This document shows positions 34,780 through 43,193 of a stretch of DNA of 64,000 nucleotides, one piece after another (the first letter of the stretch is position 1; each line of letters opens with the position of its first letter). Below the pieces are notes generated by a model. The model worked only from the letters and a program-made list of their open reading frames with translations. It searched no databases and had not been told where the DNA came from. Origin of the DNA: Verrucomicrobiota bacterium. GTDB taxonomy: Bacteria > Verrucomicrobiota > Verrucomicrobiia > Limisphaerales > UBA1412. The position numbers and the translations under genes were made by a program. The stretch spans positions 76,395 through 140,394 of the forward strand of contig JALNXY010000001.1 in the NCBI GenBank assembly GCA_023230105.1, given 5' to 3'.

Positions 34780-36156
34780 ATGAATGAATTTCAGAAGACG
34801 CCTCCGTCAGAGACTTCGAACCCTTCGGCTTCAGACAAAGCGCCCTTTGTCGTGACCGACCTGGTACTCATTCTGACCGCCGTTGGGATTCTTACTTTCA
34901 CACAGCATCCCCTTTCGGGTTCAGCCGTCTGGACCATTACGCTGTTGGTCGCATCCGGTGCCTGGATCGCCGTGACGCCGTGGATTATGGAGCAACGCTC
35001 GAAAACCAAACTGGCCGAGCTCGAGGGTCTGAAAGGAGTGGAGGAAAGCATTCAGAAAATGAACAGCTTTTCCGACGGGGTCAATTCGGCGCTTCTCTCC
35101 CTTTCCAACGTCCAGGAGATCGCGCAGGCATCGGCCCAAAGAGCAGCGGAAGCTGAGGAAAAAATCGCTCAGTACGGACTGGATTTTGAAGAAAGATTTT
35201 CCAAGGCGGCAAATTACGAGAAAAGCGCCCTTCAACTGGAGATTGATAAGCTCAAGAGAATCGAGAAGGATTGGGTCTCATCGGCCAGCGGAATGCTCGA
35301 TCATATTCTGGCCCTGGCCAGTGCGGGCATTCATTCGGGCAAGCCTGAAATCGCCGAGCAGATGAAGCGCTTCCGGGCGGCCTGCCTGGATATCGCCTCC
35401 CATGCCGGCATCCAGCCCTATATGCCTGCGCCGACGGACCTCTATGACCCGGAGAAACATGCCGTTCCGCCTAATGCACCTGCACCTGCCGCGGAAGCCA
35501 AGATCGCACGAGTGCTGGCACCGGGCTTCATTTATCAGGGTGTTATGACCCGCAAGGCGATGATCCTGACCGAGGATATGGAGTTCACGCAGGAAGCGGG
35601 TGCACCGGCCAAAGGGGTGACTCATTCCTTTGCAAGTACACCGGCCGAAGCGCCCCAGGCAGAGGCAGCGCCCTCCTTTACTCCGGCTGAACCGCTGGAA
35701 GAGGAAGTGGAAAAAGAGAGCCCGGAGCAGATCGAGCCCGAAGTTCCTGAAGCGGCCGAAGAGACTGAGGAGATTCAGGAGGTGAACGAGGTTGAAGAAA
35801 CCGAAGAGGCCGAAGAGATCATTCCGGACCCGGAAGAGGAGTTGGAAGAGGAAGAGGAAAAACCGGCAGAGCTCAGCGAAGATTTGCTGGGTGAAGTGGA
35901 AGAGAGCCCGGTCGAGGAGAACGCCACAACCGAACGGGAGGATGAGCCGCTGCACGAAAGCGAATTACTTTTCCGCCAGGAGAGTTTTGAATCCCTTTCG
36001 CCCGAAGAACTCTCTCCGGACGAAGAGGCAGAAGAAGAAACCGAAGCGTCTGAAATTGAAGAGCCCGAAGCGGAAGAAATTGCAGAGGAGGAAGAAGATG
36101 AGGAGCAATTCCCGAATGAGAAAAAACGGGACGATGATGATAAACTGCCTCTCTAA
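34780..36156 (+). CDS. membrane-anchored acidic protein with GrpE-like region
   Basis: Two N-terminal TM segments, then a coiled-coil-like stretch. LDHILALASAGI...DLYDPEKHAVPP...AKIARVLAPGFIYQGVMTRKAMILT resembles the GrpE C-terminal pattern (FDPxxHxA...V...GY...R.A.V.V). ~150-aa E/D-rich tail. Confidence 0.45.
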   Translation: MNEFQKTPPSETSNPSASDKAPFVVTDLVLILTAVGILTFTQHPLSGSAVWTITLLVASGAWIAVTPWIMEQRSKTKLAELEGLKGVEESIQKMNSFSDGVNSALLSLSNVQEIAQASAQRAAEAEEKIAQYGLDFEERFSKAANYEKSALQLEIDKLKRIEKDWVSSASGMLDHILALASAGIHSGKPEIAEQMKRFRAACLDIASHAGIQPYMPAPTDLYDPEKHAVPPNAPAPAAEAKIARVLAPGFIYQGVMTRKAMILTEDMEFTQEAGAPAKGVTHSFASTPAEAPQAEAAPSFTPAEPLEEEVEKESPEQIEPEVPEAAEETEEIQEVNEVEETEEAEEIIPDPEEELEEEEEKPAELSEDLLGEVEESPVEENATTEREDEPLHESELLFRQESFESLSPEELSPDEEAEEETEASEIEEPEAEEIAEEEEDEEQFPNEKKRDDDDKLPL

Positions 36157-36217
36157 AGATTCTGAATTACGCGACACCTCGAGAGAAAATTTATAGCCAA
36201 TACGTGATTGAGCAAAT

Positions 36218-37339
36218 ATGAATGATGAACTAGCAAAATTAGCCGAAGTTTTCGGCAGCCGCTCCCCGGAGCTCGCCACCCTGCCGATTGTTTCGGGGTT
36301 TGACGGTTTCGTGGACGAGATGATTTCGGTGGTTGAAGAGCGCACCGATTTGAGTCACTGGACACCCGTGCCGACGATCGCCCGCATGGCCGAGCATATG
36401 AACGCAGCCGCGGGCCGAAGCAGTCTGCGGGAAATCATCGTCCATGACATGGCCGCCGGCGGCTGCACCGTGAACCTGAGCGATGGGACCGCCACGCTGG
36501 GAATTCCGATGCACGTTTTCGCCACGATGGGCGAGCCGATTCACTCCGCTTTTCAGAGCCTGCTGCAGAAATGCGCCAGCTACCGCTCCTGGGGTGCGAC
36601 ACTCGGCCGCACACTGGCCCTGGAATTCAGCGACGGCAAATATATGCTCTCGGCGATCACGCCCACGTTCGATTTCACGCCTGAACATCTGGATAAAATG
36701 CTCGCTGACGGCTACTACCTGCAGTGCTGCCGGGATGCCTCCATGCTGGTGCTGACCGATTGGAGCATGTTCCCCCACATGACCGCCTGCTGGAAGAAGC
36801 TCAATGCCGAGGTCTTCAGCAAGCTTCCCCGGAGGCTGCCGCTTTATATCGACCTGGTGGATCCCTCCAGCCGGACCATTACCGATATTGACGAAATGCT
36901 CAATACGGTGACTGAACTCGAGAAAAACGTTGAGACGATTTTCGGGCTCAACGGTGTGGAAGCCAATGTCGTTGCCCGCGTACTGGGAATTCCGACCGTG
37001 ACCGATTCGCTGGAAGATATCGCCACGCAGGCCGCCGAGATTCGCGAGAATCTTCAAATCAACGCAGTCTCGATTCATTGTGTGAAGACCGCCGCACTGG
37101 CTGATGCCACCGGCAGCTATGCCGTCAGCGGACCCTACTGCGCCCAGCCCAAAAAGAGCACCGGAGCCGGCGACCGTTTCAATGCCGGTTTTTGCGCCGG
37201 GACACTGCTCAAGCTCTCGCCAAGAGAGAGACTCCTCGTGGGTTGCGCCTGCTCAGGCTTCTTCGTTCGCGAGGCCCGCAGCGCCACGGCAAAGGAGCTG
37301 GCCGAGTTCATCCAGAAATGGAGCCGCTCGGAAATTTAA
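36218..37339 (+). CDS. PfkB-family carbohydrate/nucleoside kinase-like protein
   Basis: C-terminal GAGDRFNAGF (PfkB signature 2 type). ~370 aa ribokinase-like length. Confidence 0.6.
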   Translation: MNDELAKLAEVFGSRSPELATLPIVSGFDGFVDEMISVVEERTDLSHWTPVPTIARMAEHMNAAAGRSSLREIIVHDMAAGGCTVNLSDGTATLGIPMHVFATMGEPIHSAFQSLLQKCASYRSWGATLGRTLALEFSDGKYMLSAITPTFDFTPEHLDKMLADGYYLQCCRDASMLVLTDWSMFPHMTACWKKLNAEVFSKLPRRLPLYIDLVDPSSRTITDIDEMLNTVTELEKNVETIFGLNGVEANVVARVLGIPTVTDSLEDIATQAAEIRENLQINAVSIHCVKTAALADATGSYAVSGPYCAQPKKSTGAGDRFNAGFCAGTLLKLSPRERLLVGCACSGFFVREARSATAKELAEFIQKWSRSEI

Positions 37340-37354
37340 ATTTCCATTTATAAT

Positions 37355-38242
37355 ATGAATAAAAAAATCTGCACGAAACTGTTATCCGTTGCGGCCTTTA
37401 TCGCCGCGCTCACATTCACCTCTTTTGAAACTCAGGCGGCTGACGGCCGCGCGCTGGAGCTGATGAAGTCCGAGCGCACGATCGTCGTGGGCCATCGCGG
37501 CTTCTCAATGGGGGCTCCCGAAAATACGATTCCCTCTTACCAATGGGCCAAGCTGGCCTGCGCCGATCTGGTAGAGCTCGATTTCTACGTCAACAAGGAT
37601 GGGACCCTCTTCTGCCATCACGATTCGAAGATGGACCGCACGACCGATATCCGCAGTTCGCTCAATTTGACCAATGTGTCCATCGTCGACCTCACCGATG
37701 AACAGATACGCAAGCTCGATGCGGGCAAATGGAAATCGCCGCTCTTTGCCGGGACTCGTACTCCCAGCTTTGAAGAGGCGCTGACCGCGATTCAGGCCGA
37801 TGGCGGCATGACGCTGGCCGAGCACAAGACCGGTTCCGCCGAGCAATGCGCCGCCGTGCTGAAGAAGCTCGATTGCGTGAATGACCTGATCATCCAATCC
37901 TTCAACTGGAATTTCCTGGCCGATATGAACAAGGTCATGCCCGAGCAGATCACCGTCGCCCTGGGACCGCAAAACCAACTGCGCGGAGTGAAACTGACCG
38001 ACGAGCAGAAATATCTGGATAAGACCGCCGTTGACGAAATGCTCAAGCTGGGTGTCAAAGGCGCCGCATGGAATTCCCAGGTCACAGCCGAGGGGATCAA
38101 ATATGCGCATAGCAAGGGACTCAAAGTTTTCGTCTATACCATTAACGAAATTCCGAAAGTTCATGAGCTGACCGCTCTGGGTGTGGACGGTATCATTACG
38201 GACAATCCGGCTCTGGTCTGGAAAGCTCTTGCCACTCGATAA
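37355..38242 (+). CDS. secreted glycerophosphodiester phosphodiesterase
   Basis: Signal peptide. VVGHRGFSMGAPENT (GDPD HR-x-x-x-PENT motif). ELDF...HD. Confidence 0.85.
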   Translation: MNKKICTKLLSVAAFIAALTFTSFETQAADGRALELMKSERTIVVGHRGFSMGAPENTIPSYQWAKLACADLVELDFYVNKDGTLFCHHDSKMDRTTDIRSSLNLTNVSIVDLTDEQIRKLDAGKWKSPLFAGTRTPSFEEALTAIQADGGMTLAEHKTGSAEQCAAVLKKLDCVNDLIIQSFNWNFLADMNKVMPEQITVALGPQNQLRGVKLTDEQKYLDKTAVDEMLKLGVKGAAWNSQVTAEGIKYAHSKGLKVFVYTINEIPKVHELTALGVDGIITDNPALVWKALATR

Positions 38243-38327
38243 GAGGTGCTGCACAAATTGAGGGGATCTATAGCGCGTGAAAGAGCCATAGGTCCCATCT
38301 CTTTTCCATAGTCCATTCTTTGCCCGT

Positions 38328-39314
38328 ATGCTCAGGGTCGAAAATCTGAAAGTTTACTATCCCTCAACGCAACGCCTGTTTGCGCCCCGGCGCTTTGTGC
38401 GTGCGGTTGACGGCGTCTCGTTCGCATTGGGCGATGCCCGGACGCTGGGCCTGGTGGGCGAAAGCGGCTGCGGCAAGACGACTCTGGGCCGCGCCATTCT
38501 GGGGCTCTCACCGGTGACGGAAGGGAGCATCTCATTTGAGGGGCAGGATATCGCCTCGCTTTCGGGCTCGGAGCTGCGCAGGCACCGCCGGAAAATCCAG
38601 ATGATTTTCCAGGACCCCTACAGCTCGCTTGATCCCCTGATGACCATTGAGCAAATTCTGGGAGAGCCGCTGGATATTCACCGCCTTTACTCAAGCAGCA
38701 CGGAGCGGCGGGAAAAAATCCTTTCGCTGATGGACTGGGTCGGGCTGGACCCCTCGCAGGCCAAGCGCTACCCCCATGAATTCAGCGGCGGCCAGCGTCA
38801 GCGTATCGGCATCGCGCGCGCCCTGGCTCTTTCCCCTCGCCTCATCGTCTGCGATGAACCGGTCAGCGCGCTGGATGTGTCCATTCAGGCTCAGATCATG
38901 AATCTCCTGATGGATATTCAGGAGCGCGAAAAAATTTCCTATCTCTTTATTTCGCATGACCTGGCGCTGGTCCAACACGCCTGCCACCGGATCGCGGTGA
39001 TGTATCTGGGGCGGATTGTGGAAGAGGGCTCGGTGGAAGAGATTCGCTCACGGCCGCTTCACCCCTATACGCAGGCGCTCTGGAATGCAATTCCGACTCT
39101 GGAAAAGGAGACTCTCTCCAGGAGTCTTCCGCTTTCAGGCGAAATCCCCTCTGCCTTGAACCCGCCTGCCGGGTGCCACTTTCATCCGCGCTGCCCCCAT
39201 GCCGGAGAGCAATGCCGCCGCGTTTACCCGACCCTGAGCGAAATCTCAAGCGGTCACTGCGTCGCCTGTCATCTGCATTCCCCTTCGGAGAAACCTATCC
39301 CTCATGAAAACTGA
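38328..39314 (+). CDS. oligopeptide/dipeptide-type ABC transporter ATP-binding protein (OppF/DppF-like), no cognate permease adjacent
   Basis: Walker A GESGCGKTT, signature FSGGQRQRIGIARAL, Walker B LIVCDEPVSALD. C-terminal HPYTQAL...CHFHPRCPHAGEQC oligo_HPY-type extension. Confidence 0.85.
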   Translation: MLRVENLKVYYPSTQRLFAPRRFVRAVDGVSFALGDARTLGLVGESGCGKTTLGRAILGLSPVTEGSISFEGQDIASLSGSELRRHRRKIQMIFQDPYSSLDPLMTIEQILGEPLDIHRLYSSSTERREKILSLMDWVGLDPSQAKRYPHEFSGGQRQRIGIARALALSPRLIVCDEPVSALDVSIQAQIMNLLMDIQEREKISYLFISHDLALVQHACHRIAVMYLGRIVEEGSVEEIRSRPLHPYTQALWNAIPTLEKETLSRSLPLSGEIPSALNPPAGCHFHPRCPHAGEQCRRVYPTLSEISSGHCVACHLHSPSEKPIPHEN

Positions 39315-40308
39315 ACCGCAAATTTTGACTGAAGAAAAACCTCTTTGCACTCTCTGCTCCGAGCGCGGCGAGCTGCTTTACTCCAAGCTCTCGGATTCAC
39401 TTTTCGGAGCGCCCGGCCAATGGAATCTTTTTAAGTGCCCCCGGAGCAACTGCGGTCTCATCTGGCTCAACCCGGCTCCCCAGGCCGCGGAGCTTCATAA
39501 GGTCTACGCCAACTACTACACGCACGATGTCGGCAGCGAAAGCCTCGCACGCAAAGGGGTCAAGCTCGTTTACAACGGTCTCTCAATGCTCATCCAGTGG
39601 CCCATAGGTCTGGCGCAGGCACGCAAACGGATGCAATATCTCTACCTGGACGATAAATTCTCGGGGCGGCTCCTGGATATCGGCTGCGGCGATGGGGTCT
39701 ATATGCGTTTCATGGCCGGAAAAGGCTGGAAAGTCGAAGGACTGGATTTCGATGAGCAGGCGGTCAGGCGTGCCCGGAATGTCTATCGGCTCAACGTCAA
39801 ACAGGGGACTCTGGAAGAGGCCCGTTATCCGGATCACTCCTTTGACGCGGTGACGCTCCGCCATGTGATTGAACATCTGGCCGACCCGTTGAAGACCCTG
39901 CGGGAATGCCTGCGAGTCTTGCGGCCCGGCGGTACTCTGGTCGTAGTCACCCCCAACAGCGAAAGCCTGGGCCATGGACTCACGCACGAATACTGGCGGG
40001 GTCTGGAGGTTCCCCGGCACTTGAATATCTTTTCGCTGACGTCGCTGCGGCGCTGTGCACGCGAGCTCGGCTTCACCGAGACCATGCAGAACTCCTTCAC
40101 CACGGCGACCGGGGCCGACTTTATTCTCGATGAAAGCCTGGCGCTGCAGGCGCGCTCACAGGCGGGCAACCTGCAGGGCGTCGAGAAAAAAACGCTTCAC
40201 TTCCAGCGCACTCTGCGGGCGATCCTTTTGCAATACAAAGAGCATCTCTCCCTGAGGCGCGATCCCTCCATTGGCGAGGAAGCGGTTTTGATTCTTCAAA
40301 AGAGGTAA
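39304..40308 (+). CDS. class I SAM-dependent methyltransferase with N-terminal Cys4 ribbon
   Basis: LLDIGCGDGVY motif I. CTLC...CPRSNCG zinc-ribbon-like N-terminus. Start overlaps the ABC ATPase stop. Confidence 0.7.
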   Translation: MKTEPQILTEEKPLCTLCSERGELLYSKLSDSLFGAPGQWNLFKCPRSNCGLIWLNPAPQAAELHKVYANYYTHDVGSESLARKGVKLVYNGLSMLIQWPIGLAQARKRMQYLYLDDKFSGRLLDIGCGDGVYMRFMAGKGWKVEGLDFDEQAVRRARNVYRLNVKQGTLEEARYPDHSFDAVTLRHVIEHLADPLKTLRECLRVLRPGGTLVVVTPNSESLGHGLTHEYWRGLEVPRHLNIFSLTSLRRCARELGFTETMQNSFTTATGADFILDESLALQARSQAGNLQGVEKKTLHFQRTLRAILLQYKEHLSLRRDPSIGEEAVLILQKR

Positions 40309-40363
40309 AAAATGGGGCCCCTTCGGACCCCATCTCTTCAATTCGTTTTTTTCGCACCACGCT

Positions 40364-41302
40364 CTACTTTGTCTTAAAAGCGGAGCGGATTGGACGTCCT
40401 GTCCAGACCTGAGGTGGCTCCACATCGAGCAGCCAGGCCATCGTCGCCGCTAAATCGTAGACAACGGTGCTCTCCTCAATGGTGTAGCCTTTCTTGACGT
40501 TCTTGCCGTAGAAAACGACGGGCCGCTGCATTTCTTCCATCTTCATTCCGCCATGGCCCTTATCAATGCCGCCATGGTCGGAGGTGACGATTACGACCGA
40601 TTCTTTTAGAATGCCGGCTTCATCCAGCGCAGCGATAATCTCCTTGAGAGCATTATCGAGCTCCAGAATCTTGGCCATATATTCGGGAGAACGCCAACCG
40701 TCTTTGTGCCCCACGGCATCGGGCTGATCATAAATAACGCCACAGAGATTGGGCTTTTTCTCCTTGATGTACTGAACGGCTGCCGTGGTGCAGTCCTTCG
40801 TATTGAGCCGGAAATCTGTGGCGGCAGGATCGGTCAGGAAATCCATCCCGTCCCACTCAAAAATGTAACCGATTTCGGCATCAGGGTTCTTCTTGTGATA
40901 TTGCCAGAAAACATCCGGGTAGCGTCCGTTTTCATTGACGACGCGCGGTTCCAGGTCAGGCGCTTTGGAGCCCCAGGTGGTATAGCCGTGAAGCTCGATG
41001 CCGCTGCCCATGAAAATACTGGCCCAATTGCAGGCACTGCTTGAGGGCAATATGGTGCGGCTTTCGAGCGTGGAAGAACCCTTCGCCATCAAATCCCGCA
41101 ACGTGGGCATATCGGCCCCGTCACGGATGGATTTAGCGCAGAGGCCGTCAAAGCCGACGAAAATCACATGCTCCGGACGCCAATCCGAGCAGCTCTCTTT
41201 TTCGACATGTTTTTCGTTATGCTTCCCGGTGGAGATGCATACACAACCACTCTGGCAAAAGGCCAGAATCAAACAAGCGGATAATACGATTAATTTTTTC
41301 AT
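40364..41302 (-). CDS. alkaline-phosphatase-superfamily nucleotide pyrophosphatase/phosphodiesterase-like lipoprotein
   Basis: Lipobox LSACLILAFCQSGC. FVGFDGL...PSSSACNW...VTSDHGG metal-ligand blocks of the type I phosphodiesterase/NPP family. Confidence 0.7.
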   Translation of the reverse strand: MKKLIVLSACLILAFCQSGCVCISTGKHNEKHVEKESCSDWRPEHVIFVGFDGLCAKSIRDGADMPTLRDLMAKGSSTLESRTILPSSSACNWASIFMGSGIELHGYTTWGSKAPDLEPRVVNENGRYPDVFWQYHKKNPDAEIGYIFEWDGMDFLTDPAATDFRLNTKDCTTAAVQYIKEKKPNLCGVIYDQPDAVGHKDGWRSPEYMAKILELDNALKEIIAALDEAGILKESVVIVTSDHGGIDKGHGGMKMEEMQRPVVFYGKNVKKGYTIEESTVVYDLAATMAWLLDVEPPQVWTGRPIRSAFKTK

Positions 41303-41443
41303 TAAATAATGATCTGTTCAGTTTTTTTCCAACAACAATGCCCAATACTCTAGGAGCTCGGCGGGCTGTTGTCGAGGCTATTATTCGATAGATGGGTAGT
41401 AAAAGCTTGCAAGCGCTTTGCCCATGAATAAGAATCTGTCTGT

Positions 41444-41824
41444 ATGGGACAGTTGGATCAACTCAGGGAAATGTTCAAGATGCAGAAGGCGCTCAATGCG
41501 AGAATCGGCGTCAACACCGACTCTATGAGCGATGAAGAGAAGGTCAAATGGGTTTTAAATTATTGCCGGGCAATGAGCCAGGAAATCGCCGAGCTGACCG
41601 ATAGCGTTCCCTGGAAATGGTGGGCAAAATACCAGAAATTTGAAGAACAGAATGCCCGGGTGGAAGTGGTCGACCTCTTTCACTTCCTGATCAGCGCCGC
41701 CCAGGTCCTGGGAATGAGCGCCGACGACGTCTACAATGCTTATCTCAAAAAGAACGCCGTTAATTTTCAGCGCCAGGATTCGGGCTATACTGTCAAGGAC
41801 GAGAACGATTCCAAGCATATCTAA
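41444..41824 (+). CDS. all-alpha NTP pyrophosphohydrolase (dimeric dUTPase / MazG-like family)
   Basis: SQEIAELTDSVPWKWW and EVVDLFHFLIS match the paired E-x-x-E / E-x-x-D helices of dimeric dUTPase-like proteins. 126 aa. Confidence 0.55.
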   Translation: MGQLDQLREMFKMQKALNARIGVNTDSMSDEEKVKWVLNYCRAMSQEIAELTDSVPWKWWAKYQKFEEQNARVEVVDLFHFLISAAQVLGMSADDVYNAYLKKNAVNFQRQDSGYTVKDENDSKHI

Positions 41825-41897
41825 GAGGAGAGGCAGATAGAACCGCCTCTTCCCTGACTCTCTCCAAAGAGAGAGGGTCTTTCGAAAACGAGTTGCC

Positions 41898-43097
41898 GTG
41901 GCCGTTTATCTTTACCAAGCACGGGAAGCCGGAACAGGACGCGAAGTCCGCGGCTCCATAGATGCCTCCAGCGAGCAGACCGCAATGGCTGCCCTGAGAG
42001 GACGGAATCTATTCGTGCTCTCTTTGAGGGAAAAAAAGATCTCCACCAGCTCCATTCACCGGGCAGTGCGCCTGATTGACTTGGCGGCCTTCACGCGGCA
42101 GCTTGCCAGTATGCTCGATGCCGGGCTGACCATTCCGCAGGCGCTGCAGACTCTTTCCACTGAAACGGCAAGCCGAACGCTCCAGAAGGTCATCGCCGAT
42201 ATTCTGAAACAGATCGATTCAGGCGAGAGCTTTTCGGGGGCCCTCCAGAAGCACCCGGAAGTCTTCAGCCGCCTATACGTCAACATGGTCGATGCGGGTG
42301 AGCGAGGCGGAATTCTCCCCAATATTCTGGCACGGCTGGCGACCTATTCTGAGAAGACCCATAAGCTCCGCTCCAAGGTCCGCGCAGCCCTGTTGTACCC
42401 GACCATTGTTTCACTGGTAGCCATAGCGGTCGTGAGCTTCCTTCTGATCATGGTGGTCCCGACTTTCAGCAACATCTACCAGGAGCAGAAAATCCCCCTA
42501 CCCGCTTTTACTCAATTCGTCATCACGGTGGCGAATTCTCTCAAGGATAATGTCCTCTATTATGGCATGACGCTCGGCGTTTTGATTCTAGGCTCTTTTT
42601 CCTTAATCCGAACGCCCGCAGGCCGAGCCTGGTGGGACGGCTTCAAATTAAAACTCCCCGTTCTGGGTCCGCTCTTCCACAAGCTGGCACTGAGCCGCTT
42701 TGCCCGCACGACCTCCTCGCTGATTCACTCCGGAGTGCCCATTCTGGAGGTTCTGAACGTCGTCTCGGCCACCGTCAACAACGTCCAGATGGAAGCAGCC
42801 CTCAGGAGCTCGGCTCTGCGGATTGAGCGCGGCGATACCCTCTCGGGCGCACTCTCGACCTACCCGATTTTCCCGGCGATTATCCTGCGGATGATTACGG
42901 CCGGTGAACAGGGCGGCGCCGTCGATACCATGCTCGAGAAAGTCTCTGATTATATGGACGATGAGCTCGACCAGGCTCTCTCCGGACTGACCTCGCTGAT
43001 TGAGCCAATCCTGATTATTTTCCTGGGCGTCATGATCGGCGGCATGGTCCTGGCTATGCTCCTGCCGGTGTTCGACATGGTCAACCACGTACGCTAA
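41898..43097 (+). CDS. pilC: type II secretion / type IV pilus platform protein (GspF/PilC family)
   Basis: GTG start. Duplicated T2SS-F domain architecture, 3 TM, ~400 aa. Typical N-terminus (Y.A.d..G....G...A.s...A...L). Confidence 0.85.
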   Translation: MAVYLYQAREAGTGREVRGSIDASSEQTAMAALRGRNLFVLSLREKKISTSSIHRAVRLIDLAAFTRQLASMLDAGLTIPQALQTLSTETASRTLQKVIADILKQIDSGESFSGALQKHPEVFSRLYVNMVDAGERGGILPNILARLATYSEKTHKLRSKVRAALLYPTIVSLVAIAVVSFLLIMVVPTFSNIYQEQKIPLPAFTQFVITVANSLKDNVLYYGMTLGVLILGSFSLIRTPAGRAWWDGFKLKLPVLGPLFHKLALSRFARTTSSLIHSGVPILEVLNVVSATVNNVQMEAALRSSALRIERGDTLSGALSTYPIFPAIILRMITAGEQGGAVDTMLEKVSDYMDDELDQALSGLTSLIEPILIIFLGVMIGGMVLAMLLPVFDMVNHVR

Positions 43098-43193
43098 AGA
43101 TTTTGGTTCCTCTCCAGCCTTTTTCTGCGTTTTTATTAGTGACAAAAATATAATTCCCAGTAAAATGCTTCAAATTTCTCGGGAAGAAATAAT

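Noticed and set aside
36239-38254. Antisense ORFs 36239-37078 and 37505-38254
   Set aside because: They are opposite the PfkB-like kinase and the GDPD gene (GHRG...PENT). They have no motifs of their own.
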